A stretch of DNA of 64,000 nt from Alphaproteobacteria bacterium (GTDB lineage Bacteria > Pseudomonadota > Alphaproteobacteria > UBA828): assembly GCA_965237415.1 (NCBI GenBank), contig CBDEFM010000002.1, positions 576,001 through 640,000 of the forward strand, written 5' to 3'. The first letter of the stretch is position 1. Every line of letters starts with the position of its first letter. Of the stretch, positions 40,475 through 50,398 are shown one piece after another. A program made the position numbers and the translations under genes. The notes below the pieces were generated by a model. It saw nothing but the letters and a program-made list of their open reading frames with translations, made no database searches and was not told where the DNA came from.

Positions 40475-41377
40475 CTACAGGCTCTGCACATGCTCCGCCA
40501 TGCGCTGGCGCATGGCTGCGTCCGGTACGGGGCCGAAGGCGGCGGACTTGTTCTCGCGCAGATGGTCCAGCCGCCGGGTCGCAGGGATGGCGGCCGTGAC
40601 CGCGGGATGCGAGAGAATGAACTTCAGCAGGAATTGCGGCCAGGTGGACACCTCGATTTCCTGCGCCCAGCCGGGCATCGGGCGGCCCGCGAGCCAGTCC
40701 GGCAGGCGGCCGCGCTGGAACGGGCGGTTGCAGATGACGGCGATGCCGCGCTCGAGGGCGAGCGGCAGCAGGCGCCGTTCCGCCTCCCGATCCACAATGT
40801 TGTAGGTGAGCTGGACGAAATCGGGTGGCCGGCGCCGCATGACCTCCTCAAGCTCGTCGTGCCGGCGTCCGTGCGAGGTGGTGACGCCGACATAGCGCAG
40901 CGCGCCGGCCTCCTTCATGGCGTCGAGGGTGTCGAGATTTTGCTCCCAGTCCAACAGGTTGTGGACCTGCAACAGGTCGAAGCGCGGCACGCTCCAGCGC
41001 CTGGTCGTCTCCGCGATCTGCGCGGGGCCTCCGCCGGCGCGGGTCCAGACCTTGTCGGCGGCGAACAGGCCCGGCGGACGGCCGAGCGCCTCCAGCGCGT
41101 CGCCGATCACCTCCTGCGAGGAGCCGTACATGGGCGAGGAATCGACGATGCCCCCGCCCGCCTCGAAGAAGGCAGCCATGACGGCACGGCATTCGGCGCG
41201 CAGCAGCGGATCGTCGCCCACATTGAAGGTGATCCAGCTTCCGATCCCGACCGCAGGGACCGATTCTCCGGTCGCCGGAATGCGTTTCGAGAGCGTCTCT
41301 CCGGCCGAGAGTTCGAGTCCCGGCACCGCAAGCGTCGCGGCCGCTCCAGCCAGCACCGCCCGGCGTGTCACGCGCAT
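40475..41377 (-). CDS. Aldo/keto reductase (probable Tat signal)
   Basis: TRRAVL twin-arginine, DSSPMYG, KVW, QVHNL, IPAT. Confidence 0.9.
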   Translation of the reverse strand: MRVTRRAVLAGAAATLAVPGLELSAGETLSKRIPATGESVPAVGIGSWITFNVGDDPLLRAECRAVMAAFFEAGGGIVDSSPMYGSSQEVIGDALEALGRPPGLFAADKVWTRAGGGPAQIAETTRRWSVPRFDLLQVHNLLDWEQNLDTLDAMKEAGALRYVGVTTSHGRRHDELEEVMRRRPPDFVQLTYNIVDREAERRLLPLALERGIAVICNRPFQRGRLPDWLAGRPMPGWAQEIEVSTWPQFLLKFILSHPAVTAAIPATRRLDHLRENKSAAFGPVPDAAMRQRMAEHVQSL

Positions 41378-41554
41378 GAGGAGTCTCCCTTCCTGCCTTC
41401 CGCAAGATTAGAGTGTTGCCCCACCTGAGTGAATCGCTTGTTCAGGACAGTTCCCGGTCGCGACGCGGCAATTGGCGATAGCGGCGGGAGGCGGGGAGGG
41501 GTAGCATTCCAGCAGGCATTTGGGCCCGCAATGCACGGGCAAGGGGGGCAAGCG

Positions 41555-42046
41555 ATGAAGAGACGCGCATGGATAGCGGGCGCGGCGGCGCTGGCGATGG
41601 CGCTGGCCGTATTCACCGGATCGGGCATGGCGAGCGCCCAGGAGGACCACTCGGGCGCGGTCAAGGCCCGCCAAGCCTATATGCAGCTCAACGGCTTCTA
41701 CATGGGCCAGCTCGCAGCAATCGCGAAGGGCCAGGTTCCCTACGACGCGGCCCAGGCGACCGGGGTCGCCAACAGTCTGCTCGCGCTCGCCAGCATGGAC
41801 GTGGGCGCCATGTGGCCGCCGGGATCCGGCAACGACAACCCGGCGCTCGCGGGCAAGACCCGGGCCTTGCCCGAGATCTGGACCACCTTCCCGGCGGTGG
41901 TCGAGAAGGCCGACGCACTAAGCAAGGCGCTGGAGGCGATGGTGGTGGCGGCGGGAACCGACCTCGCCAGCCTTCAGGGTGCCTTCGGCGCCGTCGGTGC
42001 CGGCTGCGGCGGCTGCCATCGCAGCTTCCGCGCCGAGAAGTTCTGA
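41555..42046 (+). CDS. Class II cytochrome c (c'/c556)
   Basis: Signal peptide, RQAYM, TRALPEIW, C-terminal CGGCH. Confidence 0.92.
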   Translation: MKRRAWIAGAAALAMALAVFTGSGMASAQEDHSGAVKARQAYMQLNGFYMGQLAAIAKGQVPYDAAQATGVANSLLALASMDVGAMWPPGSGNDNPALAGKTRALPEIWTTFPAVVEKADALSKALEAMVVAAGTDLASLQGAFGAVGAGCGGCHRSFRAEKF

Positions 42047-42064
42047 CGCGGGGTTATTTCTTAC

Positions 42065-42163
42065 CCCTCAGGCGCCGGGCGCTCGCTCCGCTCGCTTGGC
42101 TACGCGCCAGAGGCGCGGCGCGCGTTCGCGCGCTCCGGGCCGCTTTGCGGCCCGGCCCTCAGG
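42065..42163. repeat. Palindrome-rich intergenic element bounded by CCCTCAGG direct repeats
   Basis: CCCTCAGG at 42065-42072 and 42156-42163; hairpin CCGGGCCGC-TTT-GCGGCCCGG at 42135-42155; between convergent genes. Confidence 0.45.
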
Positions 42164-42172
42164 TACCAGGGG

Positions 42173-43006
42173 CTAAGCGCCCGCCGGCCACACGAGCGGG
42201 AACTCGGGATCGTCCAGAGGATCGCCGTCGCGTAGCCGTCGGTGGGCCTCGGGGAACGGCGGCGAGACCTCGCCGGGGCGCACCTTGAAGCGCACGTCGT
42301 CGCCCACCCAGCGGTGAACGAAGGCGCGCCGCCGCGCAGACGCCGATGCGTTGCCGGGCGCGCCGTGGACGGTCAGGAAGTGGAAGGCAATGGCGTCGCC
42401 CGGCGCCATGTCGAACGAGACGATCTCGAACTCGTCGCGGCGTGCATCGATGTCCGGCATGGTGTCCAGCGCCTCGCCCTCGCGCTGGTAGTCGACGCCG
42501 ACGAATTTCTTGGGCATGAACGACTTACCCCACCGGTGCGAGCCCGCGACAAGCTCCAGGCAGATCGCGCGCGGGACGGGGTCCAGCGCGGTCCAGAAGC
42601 TCACCGTCTGCGTCCCGTCGATGCAGTAGTAGGGAAGGTCGTGGTGCCAGGGCGTGCGTGACTCGGTCTGCGGTTCCTTGACCAGCACATGCTCGTGGAA
42701 GAAGCGCGCTGTGCTCGATGCCATGAGCCGGGTGGCCAGCGCCGCCGCGTGCGAGTGAAGCACGAAGTCTCGATATTCGGGGATGCGCGCCCAGTTGCAG
42801 TAATCGCCGAAGAAGTAGCCCTTCGAACCCTCCGGCTCGTATTCCCTCTTGTAGACGCCGGGCGCGCGCATGTTGCGCTCGACGCCGGCGCGGAGGACAT
42901 CGAGCCAGTCGGCAAACGCGCCTGCGAGGTGGACGACGCCGTCGTGCTGGAACGTCTGGGCAGTCGCGCCGTCTTCGATTGCGTATCCGGTGTCTGTCAG
43001 CGTCAT
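42173..43006 (-). CDS. Phytanoyl-CoA dioxygenase (PhyH) family Fe(II)/2-oxoglutarate dioxygenase
   Basis: TPWHHD (HxD), GSHRW, PGDAIAFH..TVHGA..N, RRA. Confidence 0.9.
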   Translation of the reverse strand: MTLTDTGYAIEDGATAQTFQHDGVVHLAGAFADWLDVLRAGVERNMRAPGVYKREYEPEGSKGYFFGDYCNWARIPEYRDFVLHSHAAALATRLMASSTARFFHEHVLVKEPQTESRTPWHHDLPYYCIDGTQTVSFWTALDPVPRAICLELVAGSHRWGKSFMPKKFVGVDYQREGEALDTMPDIDARRDEFEIVSFDMAPGDAIAFHFLTVHGAPGNASASARRRAFVHRWVGDDVRFKVRPGEVSPPFPEAHRRLRDGDPLDDPEFPLVWPAGA

Positions 43007-43049
43007 GCGCGCCTCCGGCACCCGTCCAGACGCGTGCGCCGCGCGGAGG

Positions 43050-43976
43050 TCAGAAGTTGACCTGATCGCCGCCCTTGAGGCCGAGCATGTCACGCGCCTC
43101 CGCAGGGGTCGCGACCTCGAGGGAGAGTTCCTCGACGATGCGCCTGGCCTTGGCCACCTGGGCGGCGTTGGAGGGCGCGAGCTCCCCCTTGCCGATAAAG
43201 AGGCTGTCCTCCAGCCCCACGCGGATGTTGCCGCCCATCATCGCGCCCATGGTGACGAAGCTCATCTGATGGCGGCCGGCGGCCAGGATCGACCAGCGGT
43301 AGTCGTCGCCGAAGAGCTTGTTGGCGATGCGCCGCATGTGCATCAGGTTCTCGTGGTCGGCGCCGATGCCGCCCAGGATGCCGAAGATGGTCTGCACGAA
43401 GAGCGGCGGCTTGACCAGGCCGCGGTCGACAAAATGGGCCAGGTTGTAGAGGTGGCCGATGTCGTAGCACTCGAACTCGAAGCGCACGCCGTGGCCTTCA
43501 CCTAAATCCTTCATGATGTATTCTATATCTTTGAATGTATTCCTGAAAATGAAGTCCTTCGTGCCCTCAAGATGGGGTTTCTCCCAGTCGTACTTGAAGC
43601 TCTTGTAGCGGTTCAGCATCGGGTAGATGCCGAAGTTCATGGAGCCCATGTTGAGTGAGGTCATCTCCGGGCTCGCCCGGCGCGGCGCGGCGAGGCGCTC
43701 GTCGAGGGTCATGCCGAGCCCGCCGCCGGTGGTGATGTTGATGACCGCGTCCGACTGTTGCTTGATGCGCGGCAGGAAGGCCATGAAGACGTCGGGGTCG
43801 GGCGTCGGCCGGCCGTCGTTCGGGTCGCGCGCATGCAGGTGGAGGATCGAGGCGCCGGCCTCGGCGGCCGCCACGCCGTCGGTCGCGATTTCGTCTGGCG
43901 TAATCGGCAGGTGCGGCGACATGGTGGGGGTATGGATCGACCCCGTGACCGCGCAGGTGATGATGACTTTGCTCAT
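43050..43976 (-). CDS. Beta-keto acid cleavage enzyme (BKACE / DUF849)
   Basis: ITCAVTG, HLHARDP, TTGG, SLNMGSMNF, EFECYD, RVGLEDS. Confidence 0.93.
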   Translation of the reverse strand: MSKVIITCAVTGSIHTPTMSPHLPITPDEIATDGVAAAEAGASILHLHARDPNDGRPTPDPDVFMAFLPRIKQQSDAVINITTGGGLGMTLDERLAAPRRASPEMTSLNMGSMNFGIYPMLNRYKSFKYDWEKPHLEGTKDFIFRNTFKDIEYIMKDLGEGHGVRFEFECYDIGHLYNLAHFVDRGLVKPPLFVQTIFGILGGIGADHENLMHMRRIANKLFGDDYRWSILAAGRHQMSFVTMGAMMGGNIRVGLEDSLFIGKGELAPSNAAQVAKARRIVEELSLEVATPAEARDMLGLKGGDQVNF

Positions 43977-44180
43977 GGCCCGTGGACTCCCGCTCGTGCT
44001 CGACGCGCGCCCTACCGGCGGCTGCGACGGTTCTACCCGCCCGCCACCGGCCTCGACAAGCGTCGCGGCCCTGGCGGGGTGGAGACTCTCGGCTGGGCCA
44101 GTCGAAGCGTAGCCCGTTCAGGAACGTGCAGGGGGCCTCAGTGCAATACCCGATCGCCGCGTATCGGCGATCGTCAATTT

Positions 44181-44217
44181 GTGGGGGCGTACCCGGCGTC
44201 GCCGGACACGCCCCCAC
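44181..44217 (-). terminator. Long hairpin downstream of the RbsB-like SBP
   Basis: GTGGGGGCGT...ACGCCCCCAC inverted repeat. Confidence 0.5.
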
Positions 44218-44250
44218 TATCGACTCTTATTCACACGTTGCGAACGCAGC

Positions 44251-45258
44251 TCAGCGGATGCCCGCCTCGATCTCCGGGATGAGCTGGTCGATGTTGCCCG
44301 GTGTCACCAGCCCGATGCCGGTATCGATGTCGAGACCCGGAATGGCGTAGGTCGAGGACAGGACGCACTGAACCACCGGCAGGAAGCCCTGCAGAAAGAG
44401 GTTCTGGTCGAACAGGACTTGGACATAGCCCTCCTGCACGGCCTCGACGGCGGCGGGGACGATGTCGTAACCCGCACCGAAGACCTCGCCCGGCTCCTTG
44501 CCCGCTTCTTTCAATGCCTTGCCCAGGAATCCGGTCACCGTACCGTGCGAGGTGATGATCGCCTTCACATCCGGGTTGCGCTCGATGTAGGCGACGAGGA
44601 TCGGCACGGCGAGCGACGGGTCGCCGTTCACTTCGGGGCTGATCTCGATGTAGTCGATCGTCATGTTGTTTTCTTCGTAAACGTCGAGAGCGCCGCGCTC
44701 GAGCTTGCCGCGCTCATCCTGCGAGAGCAGGCCGTAGACCATGACGCGGTCGCCCTCCTTGAGACCCGCGCTCTTGATCGTCGCCCCCGCGACGAGCCGG
44801 CCGGAGCGGTAGTTGTCCATGCCGACGAAGCCGAACCCCGATTGGCGGTACTCGTTGAAGAGCTCGCTGAGCTGGGAGTTGCCGCTCGTCAGCACGATGC
44901 CGCGCTCGCGGGCTTCAGCGGCCAGATCCCAGAAGGCGTCGTTGCCGGGATGCCCCATGATCTCGACGCAATCCGGACCGGCCGCCAAGGCTTCCTTGAA
45001 CTGGTCGATCATCTTGTCGGGCTGCCAGGAGGAATACTGCTCCCGCAGGTCGACGCCGAACGCTTCCGCCGCGGCGCGCGCGCCGTTGGTCCGCGCCAGC
45101 GTGGCGCCGCCGCCGGGGTTCCCGCCCATCTGGAAATACATCACCAGGCCCTCGCCGATGGCGGCGGCCTGACTCTGCGTTGCGGCACCGGCCGCGAACA
45201 ACGCGCACGCCGCGACAGCGACGGCGCCTAGATACTTGCGTGATCCGGTCATTCTCAT
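44251..45258 (-). CDS. Sugar ABC transporter substrate-binding protein (RbsB-like)
   Basis: Signal peptide, FVGMDNYRSG, AGYD, DQNLFLQG, IDTG. Confidence 0.88.
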   Translation of the reverse strand: MRMTGSRKYLGAVAVAACALFAAGAATQSQAAAIGEGLVMYFQMGGNPGGGATLARTNGARAAAEAFGVDLREQYSSWQPDKMIDQFKEALAAGPDCVEIMGHPGNDAFWDLAAEARERGIVLTSGNSQLSELFNEYRQSGFGFVGMDNYRSGRLVAGATIKSAGLKEGDRVMVYGLLSQDERGKLERGALDVYEENNMTIDYIEISPEVNGDPSLAVPILVAYIERNPDVKAIITSHGTVTGFLGKALKEAGKEPGEVFGAGYDIVPAAVEAVQEGYVQVLFDQNLFLQGFLPVVQCVLSSTYAIPGLDIDTGIGLVTPGNIDQLIPEIEAGIR

Positions 45259-45360
45259 CTCCCTTTGCTTGCGGGTTACAACATAGACAATGTCACCGCG
45301 CTTGATTCTGAAACAGCGTTAGCGCGGGGTGGTACGGGCGCGCCGCGCCCCTCAGATCGC

Positions 45361-46458
45361 TCAGGGCGGCTTTGTGTTCCGTGGCGGTCGGTCGCCTTCC
45401 GTGGCGCCGAGGCCGCCCATCCCGACGATCCGCCCGATCCCGGCCAGTCCCTTCGGCTTCTCCACGGCAAGGTGGAACGTGACGGCCGCCAGGAACACGA
45501 GACCGACGACGAGGCGCGTCCAGAAGCCGCTGATTCCGCTGCCTACGACCCCCGCCTCCACGGACCCGACGATGAAGCAGCCGAAGACGGTGCCCACGAT
45601 GCTGCCCCTGCCGCCGCTGATCGAGGTCCCGCCGATGAACACGGCGGCGAGAGCGACCAGCAGCAAGCCTGTGCCCTGGGTCGTAAAGAAATTCTTGTTT
45701 TCCAGGGTCAGTATGACGCCCGACAAGGCGCCGAGCACGCCCATCAACGTGAACAACTTGATCCGTTCCCGGTCGACTTTGACGCCGACCACGCGTGCCA
45801 CGTTGGCGTTGTCGCCGATGAACAGCAGGTGCTCACCGAAGCGGTGGCGGTTCAGGATGAACCACATCAACACGGCCAGCCCGATGGCCCAGAAGAATTG
45901 AACCGGCACCGCTCCGACCCGGCCCGTCAGGACATCGTAGATGACGTAGTCCTTGATGCCGCGGATATTGTGGCTCAGCCCGCCCGAGGAGACGACCGTC
46001 GCGCCCTCCCAGACAAAGAGGGTCGCAAGTGTAGCGATGATCGAGGGTATGCCGATGCGCACCACGAGGAGACCGTTCAGGAATCCGATCAGGCCGCCGA
46101 CGAAGATCGCCGCGAAGAAGGCGCCCAACACCAGAAGGTCATGCTTGTCGGCCATGTCTTCATCGAGTGGGAAGACACCGAACTTGGTGATCAGCACGAA
46201 TATCAGGCCGGAAACCTTCAGAACGGAGGGGAAGGAGAGGTCGATTTCGCCGGCGGCGATGACAAAAGTGAGACCCAGGCCGAGAATGAGCGGTGGCACG
46301 ACCGTGCTGGCGAGCGTCGTGTAAATGCGATAGCCGAGAAAGCTCTCGGGTGCTGAAATCATGAAGGCGCCGATCACGGCGACGAACGCCATGACGACCG
46401 GCAGGCCTTCGAATCGCGTCCATACCGTCTGATGGCTCTTCAGCTCAGCTCTCGGCAT
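45361..46458 (-). CDS. Sugar ABC transporter permease (RbsC-like)
   Basis: AGEIDLS, GIPSIIATL, AAVFIGGTSISGGRG. Confidence 0.9.
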   Translation of the reverse strand: MPRAELKSHQTVWTRFEGLPVVMAFVAVIGAFMISAPESFLGYRIYTTLASTVVPPLILGLGLTFVIAAGEIDLSFPSVLKVSGLIFVLITKFGVFPLDEDMADKHDLLVLGAFFAAIFVGGLIGFLNGLLVVRIGIPSIIATLATLFVWEGATVVSSGGLSHNIRGIKDYVIYDVLTGRVGAVPVQFFWAIGLAVLMWFILNRHRFGEHLLFIGDNANVARVVGVKVDRERIKLFTLMGVLGALSGVILTLENKNFFTTQGTGLLLVALAAVFIGGTSISGGRGSIVGTVFGCFIVGSVEAGVVGSGISGFWTRLVVGLVFLAAVTFHLAVEKPKGLAGIGRIVGMGGLGATEGDRPPRNTKPP

Positions 46459-47239
46459 GTTCGCGCTCGGTCTGGAGCTCGATGAGGAAGGACGTCAGAT
46501 CGGCGACCGACATGTCTCCCCGTTGAACCTCGTTGACGATGGTGCCGCGGTCCATGATGACGATACGGTCTGAGACGGCGTGCACGTGGGCGAGGTTGTG
46601 CTCGATGTAGAGGCAGGCGCGCCCGGAGGTCTTGATGTCATCGACGAACTCCAGGACCTTGCGTACCTCCTTCACACCAAGCGCTGCCGTCGGCTCGTCG
46701 AGCAGAATGAGGTCGGCGTTGAAGTGCATGGCGCGGCCGATGGCGATGCCCTGCCTCTCCCCGCCCGAAAGGTCGCCCACGGTGGTGTCGACCGTGATAC
46801 CGGCACCGCGAAATCCGATCGACTTGAGAAGAATCTCCTGAGCGAGTTCCTTCTGCTTGCGGACGTCGATGAAGCCGAGGCGATTGGTGATCTGACGGCC
46901 GACGAAGAAGTTGCGCCACAGCGGCTGTTTCTCGCAGAGCGAGCGTTCCTGGTGGACTGTCTCAATACCGTACTGATGTGCCCTGAAGACCGAATAGTCT
47001 TGCAGGCCGACCTCCCGGTCGCGGATGTAGAGGCTGCCCGCGCTCGGTCTCAACACGCCGGTTATGATCTTGATGAGCGTCGATTTGCCGGCGCCGTTGT
47101 CGCCGATCAGTCCCACGATCTCGTTGCGGCCGACGCTCAGGTCCACGCCGGTGAGCGCACCGACATTACCGAACCACATCTCGATGCCTTCGGCACGGAG
47201 GGCGTTCTCGAAGTCTTGACCGCCTCTGTCCACCGGCAC
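46445..47239 (-). CDS. Sugar ABC transporter ATP-binding protein (single domain)
   Basis: [27 protein letters not shown]; start approximate (GTG). Confidence 0.88.
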   Translation of the reverse strand: MPVDRGGQDFENALRAEGIEMWFGNVGALTGVDLSVGRNEIVGLIGDNGAGKSTLIKIITGVLRPSAGSLYIRDREVGLQDYSVFRAHQYGIETVHQERSLCEKQPLWRNFFVGRQITNRLGFIDVRKQKELAQEILLKSIGFRGAGITVDTTVGDLSGGERQGIAIGRAMHFNADLILLDEPTAALGVKEVRKVLEFVDDIKTSGRACLYIEHNLAHVHAVSDRIVIMDRGTIVNEVQRGDMSVADLTSFLIELQTEREHAES

Positions 47240-47355
47240 CTTTGCTTTCTTTGGCTCTGCCGAATACCCGGGCGCGCGAGTAGACCACTTGTTGTCGACG
47301 AAGCAAAGTTGGCGGGGATGGAGGGGGACCGGACGCACGCGGTGTCCGGGGACAC

Positions 47356-48519
47356 TCAGAGCAGGGTGTTGAGCAGCGTGTGGAGCGTGGCTTTGCGCTC
47401 GAAGCCCGCACCGGGTGCGTCGCCGAGCCGGACCCGGCCGTCCTCCACCGGGGTGTCGTCGGCGAAACCGCCGAAGGGTTGAAAGACACCCGGATACGAC
47501 TCGCAACCGCCGAGTGAGAGGCCGCCGGCGGTGCTGAGCGCCAGCAGGTTGCCGCCATGGGGCAGGAAACGCCGCGGCGACCAGCCTTCCGCCGCCATCA
47601 TCGCGACGATATCGATGGTCTCGCCGACGCCGTACGCGAGCGCCGGGTCGAACTGCACATAGTCCAGTTCCCGGCGCATGCCGCCGAAGCGCAGCAGGTT
47701 GCGCGCATCCTGCAGCGAAAGCAGGTTCTCACCGGTCGCAATCGCGCCGGGATAGGCCGCGGCCACCGCCGCATTGAGGGGAAAATCGAGCGGGTCGCCC
47801 GGCTCCTCGTACCAGGCGAGGCCGTAAGCGCTCATCGCGTCTGCGTAGCGGAGCGCGGTCTCCTCATCGAAGCGACCGTTCGCGTCCACTGCGAGCCGCG
47901 CGCCGTCGCCGCCGAGCAACGCCAGAACCGCCTCGATCCTTGCGAGGTCGTCGTCGAGGGAAGCACCGCCGATCTTCATCTTGACCTGCGTGTAGCCCTC
48001 GCCCAGATAGCGCCGCATCTCGGCGACGAGGCCGTCCGTGCCCTTATCGGGGTCGTAATAGCCGCCCGCGGCGTAGACCGGGATGTGGCGCTCGGGCGTG
48101 GGGTTGCCGGCGTCCTCGGCAATCATCGCCCAGAGCGGCATGTCGCGGATCTTGGCGGCGGCATCCCAGACGGCAATCTCAAGCGCGGCAACCGCGACCG
48201 CGCGCTCGCCGTGGCCGCCGGGTTTTTCGTTCCGCATCATCAGGCGGCGGATGGCGCGGGGGTCGAGCGTGCCGCCGTCCGCCGTCGCGTGCTCCTCCGG
48301 CGCCTCCAGCACCCGCGGCACGAGCCGTTCGCGGATCACAGCACTCTGGGCGTAGCGGCCATTGGCGTTGAAGCCGAAGCCCACCACCGGCTCTCCACCG
48401 CGCACGACGTCAGTGACGACCGCGACCGCGCTCACGGTCATCTTGCTGAAGTCGATGACGGCGTTACGCATCGGCGCGCCCATGGGCACGGCGATGTCGC
48501 GGATTTCCACGATCCTCAT
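47356..48519 (-). CDS. tarD: Enolase-superfamily dehydratase, D-tartrate dehydratase-like
   Basis: RNAVIDFSKMT, NGRY, NEKPGGHGERAVA, VYAAGGYY, KMKIG, DAN, PHGG resemble Bradyrhizobium TarD as recalled. Confidence 0.75.
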   Translation of the reverse strand: MRIVEIRDIAVPMGAPMRNAVIDFSKMTVSAVAVVTDVVRGGEPVVGFGFNANGRYAQSAVIRERLVPRVLEAPEEHATADGGTLDPRAIRRLMMRNEKPGGHGERAVAVAALEIAVWDAAAKIRDMPLWAMIAEDAGNPTPERHIPVYAAGGYYDPDKGTDGLVAEMRRYLGEGYTQVKMKIGGASLDDDLARIEAVLALLGGDGARLAVDANGRFDEETALRYADAMSAYGLAWYEEPGDPLDFPLNAAVAAAYPGAIATGENLLSLQDARNLLRFGGMRRELDYVQFDPALAYGVGETIDIVAMMAAEGWSPRRFLPHGGNLLALSTAGGLSLGGCESYPGVFQPFGGFADDTPVEDGRVRLGDAPGAGFERKATLHTLLNTLL

Positions 48520-48532
48520 GGCTTCCCGCCGT

Positions 48533-49526
48533 TTACCCGTGCGGAGCCAACGAGTCCTCGGTGCAGAGCGCGGCGATCCGCCGTCGCTCAGCTTGGGCCT
48601 CGCTCACCGAGACCTGTCGGAAGCGATAAGTCTCGTTCGGCCGGGACTGGCCGAGCTTCCACCAGGCGCAGGTGGGCACCGTGTAGGGGTTGATGAAGCC
48701 GCCCAGCGTCAGCGTGTCCACCATCAGGATGATGGGCGTCTGGCCGCAGAGGTTGATCGCGCCGATGGGATAGCCGTGGTCGATCACGTTGGAGGGATGC
48801 TCGCCGTTCTCCGGCGCCTTGTCCGTCGCCTTCTCGGTGAAGGTCCAGTCCGGCCCTTCGAGGCGGAAGCCGACGCGGTTGCTCTTGGGGGACAGGCGCC
48901 AGTCGCTCTTCAGGAAGCGCCGCTGGCCGGCTTCGTCGATCCAGTCGTCGTTGGGGCCGGCGACCACCTCGATCTCCCACACGCCGCCGGCAGGGGCGGG
49001 CGGGCGGGCACCGTCCTTAAGCCTGCGGCCGGGCACGGCTTCTGCCGGAGTGAGCGGGATCGTCTGATCTGCCTTGAGCGCTGCGCCGTCCAGGCCTCCG
49101 CAGGCGCCGATGACGAAGGTCGCGCAGGAGCCGAGAAAGGGCACCACATCGATGCCGCCGGCGAAGGCGATATAAGTGCGCGCGCCGGTGACGGCGGAAC
49201 CCAGCGCCAGGGTCTGCCTGGCACGCACACGCGCGCTTTCCCAGAGCGGCAGGGCGTCCCCGTCGAGGGTGGCCTTCATGTCCGCGCCCGTGAGCGCGAT
49301 GACCGTATCCCGCTCGAAGCGCAGCACCGGCCCGATGAAGGCGCATTCGAGCGCGGCATTCGAGCGCGGCTGCGCCCGGCGCATTACCGACCAGGATGTT
49401 GGCCAGGCGGAACGACCAGTGGTCGATGGGGCCTGAGGGCGGGAAGCCCATGCCGAAGGCGCCCTTGCGGCCGGGATAGTCCTGCACCGTGGTCTCGAGC
49501 CCGCCCTTGATAACGGTAACAGCCAT
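48533..49526 (-). pseudogene. CT-A/B carboxyltransferase subunit frameshifted by a 13-bp tandem duplication
   Basis: N-terminus MAVTVIKGGLETTVQDYPGR in one frame, remainder in another; span 994 nt = 981 + 13. Confidence 0.88.
49343..49368 (+). repeat. 13-bp tandem duplication GCATTCGAGCGCG x2
   Basis: Copies at 49343-49355 and 49356-49368. Confidence 0.93.
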
Positions 49527-49528
49527 CT

Positions 49529-50398
49529 TCAGAACCGCTCGCTCGCATCGAGGGAGGCGGCCCACGCCTTGTATTCGCGGACCGAGAAGCGCTGGTAGCC
49601 GGTCACGTTGAAGGCGTAGGTGCCGTCGGCCACCCGGCGCTCGATGTACTCGAACTCCTCCAGCTCGACGGGCACGAACTTGACCCGGTCGGCGGCGTCC
49701 AGCAGCACCACGCGGTCGCGGTAGGCGGGGAGTCTGGCCTGTTTGTCCCAGAGCGGCACGGGGGTCCGGCCGATCAGGTTGTAGCCGCCTGGCCCCGGCG
49801 TCGTGTAAATCGAGGTGGAGAGCCCGCCGACACCGATGGCGCCCAAGGTAGTCCAGGTGCGCGGCGGGTTGTACTTGGGCGAGGTGATGGCGCAGCGCGG
49901 GTCCAGCGCGACCATCAGCGGCAGGCCCGGCGTGGAGCAGACGGCGACCACCCAATGCTCGGTCCCGGAATGGACACGCACGAGCTGAGCAGAATCCTCC
50001 AACCCGTTGATACGGGCGACGAAGTCAGGGTCGCCGTCGCGCGGTGCGATGCGCTGGGCGTAGTCCTCGACGCAGGCCTTGGTCCAGGGATCGCGGTACA
50101 TGACGGGCAGGTAGGCGAGTCTGCTTTCAAGCTCCAGATCCTCGACCGAGCCGAGGCCCTCGATCAGGCGACGCAATTCCTGTTGGAGGTCGTCCAGGCC
50201 GATCCTGTCCGGGTCGTACTCGACCACCACGGAGTTGTAGGAGGGGTTGGTGTCGATCACGCCCGTGGTGCGGTCCTCCCGCAATGCCGCCGTGAGCCCG
50301 AGCGCCATGAAGTTGAGGTCGATCCGCGCATCGTCGCCGAACTGCGCGAGTACGAAGGTGTCGCCGCCGGGCAGGAATCGCGGCTCGTCGTAGATCAC
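49529..50398 (-). CDS. Carboxyltransferase CT-C/D subunit (AHS1/KipI/PxpB family, urea-carboxylase-like)
   Basis: PGGD, SPKYNPPRTWT, GAIGVGG, PGGYNLIGRT; 289 aa. Confidence 0.87.
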   Translation of the reverse strand: MIYDEPRFLPGGDTFVLAQFGDDARIDLNFMALGLTAALREDRTTGVIDTNPSYNSVVVEYDPDRIGLDDLQQELRRLIEGLGSVEDLELESRLAYLPVMYRDPWTKACVEDYAQRIAPRDGDPDFVARINGLEDSAQLVRVHSGTEHWVVAVCSTPGLPLMVALDPRCAITSPKYNPPRTWTTLGAIGVGGLSTSIYTTPGPGGYNLIGRTPVPLWDKQARLPAYRDRVVLLDAADRVKFVPVELEEFEYIERRVADGTYAFNVTGYQRFSVREYKAWAASLDASERF

